Below, piece after piece: positions 55,106 through 64,000 of a stretch of DNA of 64,000 bases; position 1 is the first letter of the stretch, and every line of letters begins with the position of its first letter. Source of the DNA: Vulcanimicrobiota bacterium (GTDB taxonomy: Bacteria; Vulcanimicrobiota; Xenobia; Xenobiales; JADMJV01); assembly GCA_023447635.1 (NCBI GenBank), contig JAEXNA010000217.1, forward strand, positions 1,656-65,655, written 5' to 3'. The notes beneath the pieces are model-generated. The model was not told where the DNA came from. It made no database searches and saw only the letters and a list, made by a program, of their open reading frames with translations. Both the position numbers and the translations under genes were made by a program.

Positions 55106-56497
55106 GTGACGGTTCGTCCCACGGTGGGGCCGAACCTCGACGAGCTAGAGCGTCGTGAGCAACTGCTCGAGGAGCTGTTGCCCGTTGTCGATAGCGAGCC
55201 TTCCGAGGCCGTGGTCGCGCGCCTTCTCGAACTGCATCCCGCCGACCAGGCCGACTTTCTCGAAGAGCTAAGCGCGGCCAAACGGTTAGAGCTGATCGGG
55301 CTCTACGATCAAGAAGGACTGGCCGACCTGCTAGAGTTTTTCAACGAGTCGGCCCGCACCGAGCTTCTGCAGTCGCTAGAGCCCGGAGTTCTTTCAGGGC
55401 TGCTGGTCCTCATCGATGACGACCTTGCGGCCGACCTGGTCGAGGAGCTTCCCGAAGAGCGAGTTCACGAAATTCTCTCGCTGCTCGATGCACCGACCTC
55501 GACCACCATCACGGATATCCTGAAGCTGCCGGAAGAGTCGGTCGGTCGCTGGATGTCGCGAGATATCCTGGCCCTGCAAGCGGGCTGGTCGGTGGCCGAA
55601 GCGTTAGAGTATCTACGCAAGCTCTCGCCAGACACCGAGCATCCCTTCTACCTGTACACGGTGGACAAGGGTGGCAAGCTTCGCGGGGTAGTCGATCTGC
55701 GCCGTCTGATCACAGCGGACCCTCGGGCTCGGCTGGCCGAGATCGAAGTCAGCGATCCGATCTCCGTGGACGTCGAGACCGACCAGGAAGATGCGGCACA
55801 ACGGTTGCGCCACTTCGACCTGCTGGCGCTTCCGGTGGTCGATCGCGACGGAATCCTTCTGGGTGTTCTGACCGCCGACGACGTGCTCGAGGTGCAGATC
55901 GAAGAGGCCACCGAGGACATCTACCTGCAGGTCGGTCTGAACGCGGAATCCGAAGCGCTGTCCTCGCTGGGGGCAACCTTGCGTCGACGGGCTCCCTGGC
56001 TGCTGGTCAACCTGACCATCGGATTCCTTTCGGCCTTTCTGGTCAGCCTGTTCGAAGGGACGCTGTCGCAGGTCGCCGTGATCGCAGCGTTTATGCCGAT
56101 CATCGCCGGGCACGGGGGGAATACCGGTTGCCAAACCACCACGCTGGTCGTGCGCGGTCTGGCTCTGGGTGAAATTTACAAGCGCGATATTCGCGAACTG
56201 GTGCTCAAAGAGTTGGGCTTTGGGCTGCTTTACGGCAGTGTGGCCGGGCTGTTGACCGGCTGTCTGGCGTATCTGTTGACCCACAACGTGTGGATGGCGG
56301 GGATCGTGTTCGTGGCGATGACCCTCAACATCATCTGTGCGGGATTTGCGGGGTCGGTGATCCCGATGGGTCTGAAGGCTTTGAAGATCGACCCTGCTCT
56401 GGCCTCGACCGTCTGGTTGACCACTTTTACCGACTGGATCGGCTTCATCTTGCTGCTGGGACTTGGGACGATGTTCCTGGAACGGCTCCAGCATTGA
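55106..56497 (+). CDS. mgtE: Magnesium transporter MgtE
   Basis: The MgtE_N helical domain, a CBS pair (YLYTVDKGGKLRGVVDLRRLI ... ALPVVDRDGILLGVLTADDVLEV) and the MgtE TM domain ([21 protein letters not shown]). GTG start. Confidence 0.9.
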   Translation: MTVRPTVGPNLDELERREQLLEELLPVVDSEPSEAVVARLLELHPADQADFLEELSAAKRLELIGLYDQEGLADLLEFFNESARTELLQSLEPGVLSGLLVLIDDDLAADLVEELPEERVHEILSLLDAPTSTTITDILKLPEESVGRWMSRDILALQAGWSVAEALEYLRKLSPDTEHPFYLYTVDKGGKLRGVVDLRRLITADPRARLAEIEVSDPISVDVETDQEDAAQRLRHFDLLALPVVDRDGILLGVLTADDVLEVQIEEATEDIYLQVGLNAESEALSSLGATLRRRAPWLLVNLTIGFLSAFLVSLFEGTLSQVAVIAAFMPIIAGHGGNTGCQTTTLVVRGLALGEIYKRDIRELVLKELGFGLLYGSVAGLLTGCLAYLLTHNVWMAGIVFVAMTLNIICAGFAGSVIPMGLKALKIDPALASTVWLTTFTDWIGFILLLGLGTMFLERLQH

Positions 56498-56520
56498 AAG
56501 CGCACGGGCTCCTCTCCAGA

Positions 56521-58383
56521 GTGGTCGCCTCTCCGGCTTATCTTCCCGCCGCCTGCGCTCTGGGTCTGGCCTTCAAGGGTGGGGTGGCCTCGCTTTCGCT
56601 AGGAGCGAACCTGACTTCTCCGGCTTCGCTTTGTGCTAACCTGGCCTGCCTTCTACTCCTGACCCTGCCGCTCTGGCTGGTTCCCATCCGGGCGGCGCGC
56701 CCTTTGGGCGTCGCTCTGAGCGCGCTCTGCGGTCTGATAGCTCTGGCCGACGTGATGTACTTCCGGTATTTCGCCGACCTTCCCACGGCGGGGCAGTTGA
56801 CCCACGCCTGGCAACTGGCCGACGTGGGCGGCACGATGGGTACCGTGGTGCATCCCAAGGACGCGCTGCTTTTTCTCGACACGGCGGCGCTGGCCGTTCT
56901 GCTCTGGCGTTGGCCGGCAGGCGCCTCGGTCTGGGGAGTCCGGGCCAGGCTGGCGGGCGGGGTGGCTTTGGCGGCGGTGTTGCTGCTGCTGGCCCGTGGT
57001 CCCGCCATGACGCCCCAGCAGCAAAGCGTGCTCGCCGTGCGGTTCAAGGCGCACGCCATCGCGGCGGAGGTGGGGCTGGCCTACTATCATTATCACGATC
57101 TGGAAAAGCTGGCGCGCCTTCGCTGGGGCCGCAGCACTCCGCCCGAGAACCCCGAGGCGGTGCTGGCGCGCTGCCTCGAGTCGCGCGAGTCGATCCTGGC
57201 GCAGACCCCCTACCAGGGGCTGGCCCGGGGGCAGAACGTGATCGTGCTGCTGTTGGAAAGCTGGTCGACCTTCACCCTCGATTATCAGGTCGGGGGCCAG
57301 CCGCTGATGCCGTACATGGCAAAGCTGCGCGAACGCTGCCTGTACTTTCCCAACTATTACGATCAAACCAACCAGGCCTCATCCTCGGACGGCGAGTTCC
57401 TGATGAGCACCTCGCTTTTTCCCGCCGGTCAGGGCGCCACTGTGTTCACGTACGACAGCAACACCTTGCGCGGGCTGCCGCGCATCCTGACCGAGAACGG
57501 ATACTCCACGATGTACTGCGGGTATTACGACTCGGGTTTCTGGAACGCCCGCACCATGATCCCGAACTACGGCTTCGAAAAGGGTGTGTTTGCTCCGTTC
57601 GGGGCTCCGCCAAATCCGGTTGAGCAGGTTGGCTGGGGGCTCGCCGATCTCCCGCTGCTGCGCCGGGTCCAGGAGCTGGTCCTGCAACAGCGCTCGCCCT
57701 CTTACACGGTGGTTCATTGCTCGATGGGGCATCATCCCTTCCAGGAGTTGCCGAACGAGCTCAAGGAGCTGCAGCTTCCCGCCGAGCTCCAGGGCACCGT
57801 GTTCGGCGACTATCTGCAGATGTGCCGCTTCCGAGACCGCAACATCGAGGCGTTCATGGCGGCCTTCGAGGCGTCGCCGCTGGCGGCGAACACGCTGCTC
57901 GTGATCACGGGCGACCACGCGGCGCCGATGACCGTCGAAGAGCTTCGACCCGCGCTTCCCGCCACCGAGGGGGGGGCGGCGCTGGCTCACGCCAGCATGC
58001 TGAAGACTCCGCTCATGTTCCGGCTCCCCTCCGGAAAACCGGGTGTGTTCGAACAGGCGATAGGGCAGCTCGACTACGCCCCGACGATGGCGCACCTGCT
58101 GGGGGTCGAGGTGGGAGCGACGACCTTCCTCGGCACGAACGCGTTTCTGGGCTCGACTCTGGTCGCCAATCGAAAATGGGGCTGGGTGACGGACGGTAAG
58201 CAGATGGTGTCGCTGCACGACGGCCGCGCGGTGGGTCTGCCGAAGCTGGAGCTTCTCCCCCCAGGCAGCGGCAGAGACCTGGTCACAGCGGGGCTGGCGG
58301 AGTGGTCGCTCTCGGACGAGATTCTCGACCACGACATGGTCCCCTGGCTGCTCTCTCAGCAGCCTGCAAAGACGGTTCCCTAA
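56521..58383 (+). CDS. Membrane-anchored sulfatase-family protein (LtaS / phosphoglycerol-transferase-like)
   Basis: An N-terminal polytopic region of about 230 aa, then a sulfatase-type domain (NVIVLLLESWS, YFPNYY, SSSDGEF, GYSTMYCG). The candidate GTG start at 56521 directly follows the mgtE stop. Confidence 0.6.
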   Translation: MVASPAYLPAACALGLAFKGGVASLSLGANLTSPASLCANLACLLLLTLPLWLVPIRAARPLGVALSALCGLIALADVMYFRYFADLPTAGQLTHAWQLADVGGTMGTVVHPKDALLFLDTAALAVLLWRWPAGASVWGVRARLAGGVALAAVLLLLARGPAMTPQQQSVLAVRFKAHAIAAEVGLAYYHYHDLEKLARLRWGRSTPPENPEAVLARCLESRESILAQTPYQGLARGQNVIVLLLESWSTFTLDYQVGGQPLMPYMAKLRERCLYFPNYYDQTNQASSSDGEFLMSTSLFPAGQGATVFTYDSNTLRGLPRILTENGYSTMYCGYYDSGFWNARTMIPNYGFEKGVFAPFGAPPNPVEQVGWGLADLPLLRRVQELVLQQRSPSYTVVHCSMGHHPFQELPNELKELQLPAELQGTVFGDYLQMCRFRDRNIEAFMAAFEASPLAANTLLVITGDHAAPMTVEELRPALPATEGGAALAHASMLKTPLMFRLPSGKPGVFEQAIGQLDYAPTMAHLLGVEVGATTFLGTNAFLGSTLVANRKWGWVTDGKQMVSLHDGRAVGLPKLELLPPGSGRDLVTAGLAEWSLSDEILDHDMVPWLLSQQPAKTVP

Positions 58384-58472
58384 TCTAAGGATGAAACAGA
58401 AAGGTTAACCTCCCACGGAAAGAGCTTTAGGAAAGGACAGGGGCTCGCCGCCCCGGGCCCAAAGTCCCACCT

Positions 58473-59303
58473 ATGACCGATTTTCACCGTTTTGCCGGTA
58501 CCGACAGCTATCTCTCTGACCCCTCGCTGGAGGCCGCCGTGAACTGCGCGCTGGCCCTGGAAAAGCCGCTTCTGGTCCGGGGCGAGCCGGGCACCGGTAA
58601 GACTTTGCTGGCCGAGGCTTTGGCCGCCTCGTTGAACACGCGTCTTATCCGCTGGTCGATCAAGTCGACCACCAAGGCCGACGAGGGCCTCTACACCTAC
58701 GATGCGGTGTCGCGCCTGTACGACTCGCGCTTTCAGGACAAAGACGTGGCCGATATCGAGCAGTACATCCGCCTTCGACCGCTGGGCCAGGCGTTCGAGT
58801 CCGAAGAGCGGGTGGTGCTTCTGATCGACGAGGTCGACAAGGCCGATATCGAGTTTCCCAACGACCTGCTCAACGAGTTGGACCGGATGTCGTTCACCGT
58901 GCGCGAGACCGGGCGTGAGGTGACGGCGCGCCATCGGCCGGCTGTGATCATCACTTCGAACAACGAGAAAGAGCTACCGGACCCGTTCTTGCGTCGCTGC
59001 GTCTTTCACTATCTGGACTTTCCCGAGCCCGAGTTTATGCAGCGCATCCTGGACGTGCATCACCCGAACCTGGAAAAGGAGGTCGCCCGTCAGGCGCTGG
59101 AGGTGTTCTACTCTTTGCGTGAGGCGCCGCTGCGTAAGAAGCCCAGCACCAGTGAACTGATCGACTGGATCGCGGCCCTGAAGGTGGCTGGGGCCGGGGG
59201 ATCCTTGTTGGAGGGGACGGTGCCGCTGCTCGGTCTGCTGCTGAAGAAGGAGCAAGATCTGCTGACCGTGGCCAAGAGCTTTGCTCGACGCTCTATGAAC
59301 TGA
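58473..59303 (+). CDS. MoxR-like AAA+ ATPase (CoxD/NorQ/CbbQ-type, about 276 aa)
   Basis: Walker A GEPGTGKT, Walker B VLLIDEVDKA, sensor ITSNN, and the typical MoxR N-terminus (AVNCALALEKPLLVRG). Confidence 0.75.
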   Translation: MTDFHRFAGTDSYLSDPSLEAAVNCALALEKPLLVRGEPGTGKTLLAEALAASLNTRLIRWSIKSTTKADEGLYTYDAVSRLYDSRFQDKDVADIEQYIRLRPLGQAFESEERVVLLIDEVDKADIEFPNDLLNELDRMSFTVRETGREVTARHRPAVIITSNNEKELPDPFLRRCVFHYLDFPEPEFMQRILDVHHPNLEKEVARQALEVFYSLREAPLRKKPSTSELIDWIAALKVAGAGGSLLEGTVPLLGLLLKKEQDLLTVAKSFARRSMN

Positions 59304-60478
59304 TGCTCGTTCGCTTCTTCTATAGCCTGCGGGCCCAGGGGCTGAAGGTTAGCCCTCAGCAGTTGATGACGCTGGCCCAGGGGTTGGGGAAAGGGCTGCA
59401 CGGTCAGACCTTGACCGGGTTCTATCACCTGGCGCGCTGCACGCTGCTGACTTCGGAAACGGACTTCGACCGATTCGATCAGGTGTTCACCGCGTTTTTC
59501 GAGGGGGTCGATCTGGCGGCGGTCGAGATCGAGGACAAGTTCTTCGACTGGCTGCGTCGGGCGGCCGACGGCGAGATCCCCGACCTGACGCCGGAAGAGC
59601 GGGCCCTGTTCGAGTCGATGGACTATCCCGAGTTAGAGAAGATGTTCCGTGATCTGTTAGATGAGCAGAAAGAGGAGCACAACGGCGGGAACCGCTTCAT
59701 CGGGACGGGCGGGCGTTCGGCCTTCGGCCATTCGGGAGCGCCCCGGCCGGGGATCCGGATGGGAGGCCCCGGGCGCAACCGTCGCGCCTTACGGGTGGCC
59801 GAGGAGCGACGTTTTCGCGACTACCGCAACGATCGCACCCTGGACGTTCGCCAGTACTCGGTGGCGTTGAGGAAACTGCGCCAGTTTGGGCGCAATCCGG
59901 GCGAGGAAGAGATCGACATCGACGGCACCATCGAGGCGACCGGCCGCCAGGCGGGCGAGTTAGAGGTGGTGACGCGGCGCCCGCTGGAGCCGACCATGCG
60001 GGTGATTCTGCTGATGGACGTAGGCGGGACGATGGACCCGTTCGTGCACCAGGTCGAGGCGCTGTTCACGGCGGCCTCGCAGGCGTCGCACTTCAAGGAG
60101 TTCCGAGCTTACTACTTTCACAACTGCGTGTACGGTCAGGTTTTCCGCGACGCGCGTTTTCGCGAGAAGGTGCCGCTGGCGGAACTGTACCGCAGCAGCG
60201 GCAAGGACTACCGCCTGATCGTGGTCGGCGACGCTATGATGGCGCCATACGAGTTAGTGGGCAGTCGTCACTCGCTGTTCTTCGGCTCGCCCGAGACCGC
60301 GCGTGGGTGGGAGTCGCTGCAGGCGCTGCGCGACCGCTATCCCCACTCGATCTGGCTGAACCCCGAACCCGTGCGCTACTGGTACGGCGAAACGCTGCAG
60401 GCGATCTCTAGCCTGTTTCCGATGTTCCCGCTGACCATGGACGGGCTGGAAGAGGCGATCCGCGACCTGCGCCACTGA
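59303..60478 (+). CDS. VWA domain protein, CoxE-like partner of the MoxR ATPase
   Basis: A TGATG overlap with the ATPase gene. The C-terminal VWA-like segment RVILLMDVGGTMDPF resembles a MIDAS motif (DxGxT). The 391-aa length and N-terminal helical region fit CoxE-type proteins. Confidence 0.6.
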   Translation: MLVRFFYSLRAQGLKVSPQQLMTLAQGLGKGLHGQTLTGFYHLARCTLLTSETDFDRFDQVFTAFFEGVDLAAVEIEDKFFDWLRRAADGEIPDLTPEERALFESMDYPELEKMFRDLLDEQKEEHNGGNRFIGTGGRSAFGHSGAPRPGIRMGGPGRNRRALRVAEERRFRDYRNDRTLDVRQYSVALRKLRQFGRNPGEEEIDIDGTIEATGRQAGELEVVTRRPLEPTMRVILLMDVGGTMDPFVHQVEALFTAASQASHFKEFRAYYFHNCVYGQVFRDARFREKVPLAELYRSSGKDYRLIVVGDAMMAPYELVGSRHSLFFGSPETARGWESLQALRDRYPHSIWLNPEPVRYWYGETLQAISSLFPMFPLTMDGLEEAIRDLRH

Positions 60479-60555
60479 GTCGGTGGATTCCCCGGCTCGG
60501 GCATGAAAAATGCGACCCCCGGGGGAGGTCGCATGGGAAGCTGACGGCTTTGGGC

Positions 60556-61266
60556 CTAGTTCGCCAGAAGATAAGTCGGCGTCGCCGTGTCCAGCGGGCG
60601 GGTGGCGATCGGCTCGCCGGTGGGTGCCGTCGCGGTGGCTACGACCGGGGGGGTCGGAGGGGCGGAGAACTCTTCGTTGGCTTTGGCCTTGGCGGCTTTG
60701 CGCTCGGCGATCTGCTTCTTCCAGACCGTGGCGCGCTCCATACCGTGGGTCATCCCGCGCAGCGAATGGCTGACCGTGTCGGCGGCGTAGGAGACGCCGA
60801 CCAGGGTGTCGCCAAGGGCGGCCTTGGCGGGCATCACGTACTTCATCACGCTTCCCGCCAGGCCGACCAGGTCGGTGGCCACGCGGGCGATGTCCAGGCC
60901 CTTTTCGAACAGTCCGGCGGTGGGGTCTTTCAAGGTGCTGTTCAGGCGGTAGGCGTTAGCGCCCAGGATGGAAAGGCGGATGGTCGGCACGATGGCGTGG
61001 CCGAACCCTTCGCGCACGCCGTTGTCGGTGCCCTGGAGCAGCTTTTCGCTGATCGAGGTGGCGCCGTAGCGCAGAGCCAGAGCGGGGTCGTTTTTGCCGA
61101 CCTCGACGAGTTCGTTGAAGGCGAAGTAGGTGGTGTCGATCACCGCTTCGGCAACGTTGTTCATCAGGCTGTTCCGCGAGCTGTCGACCGGGCCTTGTTT
61201 GGCCGGAGGGCGCGCTTCGGTGCGGACGGTGGTGGGCAGTGACTGGGTGCCGGAGTTGATAATCAT
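60556..61266 (-). CDS. Hypothetical protein (236 aa)
   Basis: SD ggaaagg lies 7 nt upstream of the ATG. GC3 is very high, like native genes. No domain is recognised. The overlapping plus-strand ORF at 60550..61242 is rejected as antisense. Confidence 0.5.
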   Translation of the reverse strand: MIINSGTQSLPTTVRTEARPPAKQGPVDSSRNSLMNNVAEAVIDTTYFAFNELVEVGKNDPALALRYGATSISEKLLQGTDNGVREGFGHAIVPTIRLSILGANAYRLNSTLKDPTAGLFEKGLDIARVATDLVGLAGSVMKYVMPAKAALGDTLVGVSYAADTVSHSLRGMTHGMERATVWKKQIAERKAAKAKANEEFSAPPTPPVVATATAPTGEPIATRPLDTATPTYLLAN

Positions 61267-61561
61267 GAGTAAGCCTTTCCTAGCAGCGTGGCAGCGATCA
61301 CCGTTCGGGCCTGTCTTCCTTGGGGAAGCTCTTTACCGACCGACGGTTTCCTCAGATCGCATGACTATCATGCCAGAGTCCAACGGTAACATGGTTAACA
61401 GGTTTTTAACGGTTCGCCGTTTCTGTCACTACACCCAAATGCGCTTACGCGAGGTTTCGCGCCGTTTCGAGCGCATGAGCGGTTTCGAAGATACCCTCCG
61501 AATCGAACCCAAACTGACCGATTCGGAACGCGTGGTGATCACCAGGTGATCATTGATCATG

Positions 61562-61870
61562 CTAGTCGGGGTAGGCGGCGGCGAAAGTATCCGCGACCTC
61601 GTGGTCCATCTCGACGTCGACGCGGGAGTAAGTATCGAGCGTCTCTTTGATCGAAGCGTGGCCAAGGCGCGCCGACACCTTCTTGACGTGAGTGCCAGTC
61701 CGCAGCAGTTCCGTGGCGTGGGTGTGGCGCAGGATGTAGAGCTTACGGTCGTCAGGAGACCCGAGCTGGTTAAGGATTTTCCGGAAACGCTGGGAAACGG
61801 CTCCGATGCAACGGAACCAGGTGGCAGAGCTGGCGGCCGAGATCCGTGGCGTCGACCTGGTCGGCGACAC
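61562..61870 (-). pseudogene. Tyrosine recombinase (phage integrase) C-terminal fragment
   Basis: RKLYILRHTHATELLRTGTHVKKVSARLGHASIKETLDTYSRV contains the box II H-x-x-R, the second conserved His and the catalytic Tyr. No intact N-terminal or core-binding domain lies upstream in any frame. Confidence 0.6.
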
Positions 61871-61954
61871 CTACTCCCCGAACTCCGTCTGTGTGGAGGC
61901 CAGGCACTACGGCCTGGTCCGCGCCGGCGACCTGGTGACCAGGCCTGACGGCGT

Positions 61955-62048
61955 TATCGAGACCTGCCGGATGGAGGTCCTCCGCCGGTTCCCGCCGGGG
62001 TTGAAAGGGCGACAGATGGCAGCGGTTCGAGGACGTCGGTCCGTTCGC
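61955..62048. repeat. Direct repeat B1 (about 94 bp); partner B2 at 63685-63779
   Basis: 38 bp are identical (atcgagacctgccggatggaggtcctccgccggttccc), then about 80% identity. The two copies flank the collagen-repeat gene. Confidence 0.8.
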
Positions 62049-62246
62049 GCGATAAGCCCAAGGAACAACCCGCTGGAGTCATCCGGCAGGGGCTTTCTTG
62101 CGTCCGCCGGTAGCCTAGAAGCATCATCGTTTGCCGAAAGGTCCTCATTAAATTATAAGGAATACTCCGACGCGGATAGGACCTACGTGCTTTCCGCAAG
62201 TTCATTTCCAGGAGGATAGGGGGGGCTCCGGCTCCTCCTACGTACC

Positions 62247-63491
62247 ATGAAAAACCTTACTAGAGCGCTGCTCTGGCTTTTGCTCGTAAGCTGGGTCGCA
62301 GGATGCGGCTCTTCGAACGAAGACTACTTTGTCTCTAATGGAACCGGCGGTGGACAAAATGTCCCTCCCGCCCAGCTGAGACTCGACTTCAATCAGCCCG
62401 GCGGAGGCACTTCCCTCCCGCCTGGCACCACGACCTTGGTCGTAAGGGGATACACAGCCAGCGGCGCCCAGCAATTCGGACCGTTAGCGCTGCCTCGTCC
62501 CGAAAACGACATCCTCAGCCTTAGTGTAGACCCTTCGGTGACCCTCGTCGAAGTCGACGCGGTAGGCCAAGCCCTGCTGCAGGCAACCGGAGGCCAAGTT
62601 CTGGCTCAATTCGCCGTCGAGGTCGACCTGCAGTCAGGCCAAACCGTCGTCGTCTTGGTCGGAAGCGAAGGTCCGAGCGGCGCTACCGGTCCGACCGGCG
62701 CGACGGGTCCCGCAGGTGCTACGGGTCCTACCGGTAACGCTGGCCCTAGCGGACCTACCGGCGATCCCGGTCCGGCCGGCCCCACGGGCAACACCGGCCC
62801 GAGTGGCGATCCTGGACCCACTGGGCCTACGGGTGCTGACGGCGCAACCGGAGCCACCGGCGCTGACGGAGCCACCGGCGCTGAAGGAGCCACCGGAGCC
62901 ACCGGAGCCACCGGTGCAACCGGTAACACTGGAGCCACCGGAGCCACCGGTAACACTGGGGTGACGGGACCGACAGGTTCCGACGGTGCCGGCTCAACCT
63001 TCGTCTCCGGCGGCCAAGCGTCTGTCTCCACGATTATTCCGGGAATTAGTGGGATTTATCACATCCTTCCTCTCTCGGGCACTGGAGCAAATTCAAACAC
63101 CGTCCTCGGACCTACCGTCGACTTGACCAGCAGCAGCGTCGCCGGGTCAACGATCTCTAGAGACGGAGTTATCACCTCGATCAGCGCTTACCACACCCTG
63201 GACCAGGCCCAGTCGCTGGTCGGCACGACCGTGACTCAGACGGTCCAGCTGTACGTGAGCACCACACCTGACAATACCTATGTCCCCATACCGGGTGCCA
63301 CGGTCACACTCGCTCCGTCCCTAACCGGCGTTCTCGCTATTGGAACCATATCCAACGGGATCACCACAGGTCTATCTATCCCCGTTACAGCAGGCAGCAA
63401 TGTCATCGCTGTCTACTCGACCACGAGTGCTGGAATCAATCTAGTAAACACGATTCAGGGGCGGATTTCCGTTGGTGTTACCATCAACTAA
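62247..63491 (+). CDS. Collagen-like triple-helix repeat lipoprotein with a BclA-like C-terminal globular domain
   Basis: Lipoprotein signal [22 protein letters not shown]. About 45 GXY triplets are dominated by GPT/GAT ([28 protein letters not shown]...), in the style of Bacillus BclA or phage tail fibres. The C-terminal domain of about 160 aa is Thr/Ser/Val-rich and has a markedly lower GC3 than host genes. Confidence 0.8.
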   Translation: MKNLTRALLWLLLVSWVAGCGSSNEDYFVSNGTGGGQNVPPAQLRLDFNQPGGGTSLPPGTTTLVVRGYTASGAQQFGPLALPRPENDILSLSVDPSVTLVEVDAVGQALLQATGGQVLAQFAVEVDLQSGQTVVVLVGSEGPSGATGPTGATGPAGATGPTGNAGPSGPTGDPGPAGPTGNTGPSGDPGPTGPTGADGATGATGADGATGAEGATGATGATGATGNTGATGATGNTGVTGPTGSDGAGSTFVSGGQASVSTIIPGISGIYHILPLSGTGANSNTVLGPTVDLTSSSVAGSTISRDGVITSISAYHTLDQAQSLVGTTVTQTVQLYVSTTPDNTYVPIPGATVTLAPSLTGVLAIGTISNGITTGLSIPVTAGSNVIAVYSTTSAGINLVNTIQGRISVGVTIN

Positions 63492-63547
63492 GACGGCACC
63501 GGATTCGTGAAGGCGACCGGTCACAACCGGTCCCTCACAAGGAAGAA

Positions 63548-63581
63548 GCCCCCGCTCGGTTCGCCCGGGCGGGGGCTTTTT
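63548..63581 (+). terminator. Rho-independent terminator after the collagen-like gene
   Basis: Stem gcccccgc / gcgggggc with a 13-nt loop, followed by TTTTT. Confidence 0.7.
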
Positions 63582-63684
63582 GCGTTCTGGGGCGTGTGGC
63601 TCTCGGGGAAGCCTACTTACTATGCGCCACCCGGTGCCAAACAGCTCATTTTCGGAACAGAGAATCAAATAGGCGCTCGGCGTG

Positions 63685-63779
63685 ATCGAGACCTGCCGGA
63701 TGGAGGTCCTCCGCCGGTTCCCCCACGGATTGAGAAAGGGCGACCGGTGGCAGCGCTTCGAGGACGCTGGACCGTTCGC
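63685..63779. repeat. Direct repeat B2 (partner of 61955-62048)
   Basis: See B1. Confidence 0.8.
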
Positions 63780-63803
63780 CCAATAGCATCCCTCAATACA
63801 AAG

Positions 63804-63839
63804 GGCCCCCGCCGGTTTGCGCTGACGGGGGCCTTTTTT
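63804..63839 (+). terminator. Second rho-independent terminator (ggcccccg / cgggggcc plus T6), a near-duplicate of the first
   Basis: Stem at 63804-63811 / 63826-63833 and a T-run at 63834-63839. Sequence-related to the terminator at 63548. Confidence 0.65.
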
Positions 63840-64000
63840 GCGTTTCCCCGAGCAGTTCGGGAAGCTTCTAGGTGGGTCCGGTGGTGATCCTGAGGTGATC
63901 ATAGCCACTGGGCAACATGATAAATGGTGATTTTTTTCCTGTAAATGGGGCTTGGGCTCCAGAGTCCAACGGCAACATGATTAACAACTTTTTAACTGGA

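Larger units (their letters stand above)
61370..64000. mobile_element. Degraded integrative element or prophage remnant (continues beyond the window edge)
   Basis: An integrase fragment, a compositionally atypical collagen/BclA-like gene, nested direct repeats (A: 61372-61412 with 63958-64000; ggtgatcNNNaggtgatcat at 61534-61560 and 63883-63906; B repeats), and lower local GC. Confidence 0.45.

Noticed and set aside
60550-61242. 230-aa plus-strand ORF overlapping the 60556-61266 gene
   Set aside because: The minus-strand partner has a strong SD and a far higher GC3. The plus-strand translation is Gly/Arg/Ala-rich shadow-frame material.
61440-61560. Possible tRNA gene serving as the integrase att site (ccgaatcgaaccc resembles a T-loop on the minus strand)
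   Set aside because: The sequence forms a simple 9-bp hairpin (tccgaatcg...cgattcgga) with a 13-nt loop. There is no acceptor stem, D-arm or anticodon arm, so no cloverleaf can be drawn.

Overview
This is a high-GC (about 65%) bacterial chromosomal segment with roughly 60 protein-coding genes. Coding regions show strong GC3 bias. I found no rRNA, tRNA or CRISPR array.

Gene content, left to right:
- The 3' part of an EF-G gene with a clean intrinsic terminator.
- A minus-strand operon of three minor pseudopilins (GspI/H-like, GspJ-like and a 630-aa GspK/PilX-like protein), with no pilus or T2SS machinery in the window.
- A divergently placed membrane HExxH zincin with a glycine-zipper tail.
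- A small secreted protein translationally coupled to an OmpR-family response regulator and a histidine kinase.
- An M14 carboxypeptidase and a truncated hemoglobin.
- A GH130-like enzyme, followed by a 5-gene family-5 SBP ABC importer.
- A 72-bp tandem imperfect-palindrome repeat array, with a dispersed copy 16.7 kb away.
- An orphan SUKH-1 (SMI1/KNR4) + LRR protein.
- A four-gene operon: class-V PLP enzyme, M29-like peptidase, SAM methyltransferase and cysteine synthase.
- A PEGA/proline-rich membrane protein.
- A glutaminase pseudogene with an internal deletion.
- YchJ, cydAB and YbaK.
- A DevBCA-like ABC exporter with a TetR regulator.
- A GST.
- An XRE regulator interrupted by an in-frame TAA.
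- A large hypothetical protein, a purine permease and a GNAT acetyltransferase.
- A secreted GDE_C-like glycosidase.
- Two SAM methyltransferases, one of them RlmM-like.
- Glycine-zipper proteins flanking an MFS transporter.
- A DUF1684 protein.
- An orphan amino-methyltransferase in a lower-GC patch.
- Fpg, a HIT protein, an esterase and IspH.
- A winged-helix regulator with a membrane protein.
- MgtE and an LtaS/sulfatase-family protein.
- A MoxR-like AAA ATPase with a CoxE-like VWA partner.
- At the right edge, an island remnant: tyrosine-integrase fragment plus a BclA-like collagen-repeat lipoprotein, bounded by nested direct repeats and twin terminators.

The candidates most worth a second look are the SUKH-LRR gene bracketed by repeat arrays, the integrase/collagen island, the MoxR-VWA module, the sulfur-amino-acid-like operon and the orphan methyltransferase.
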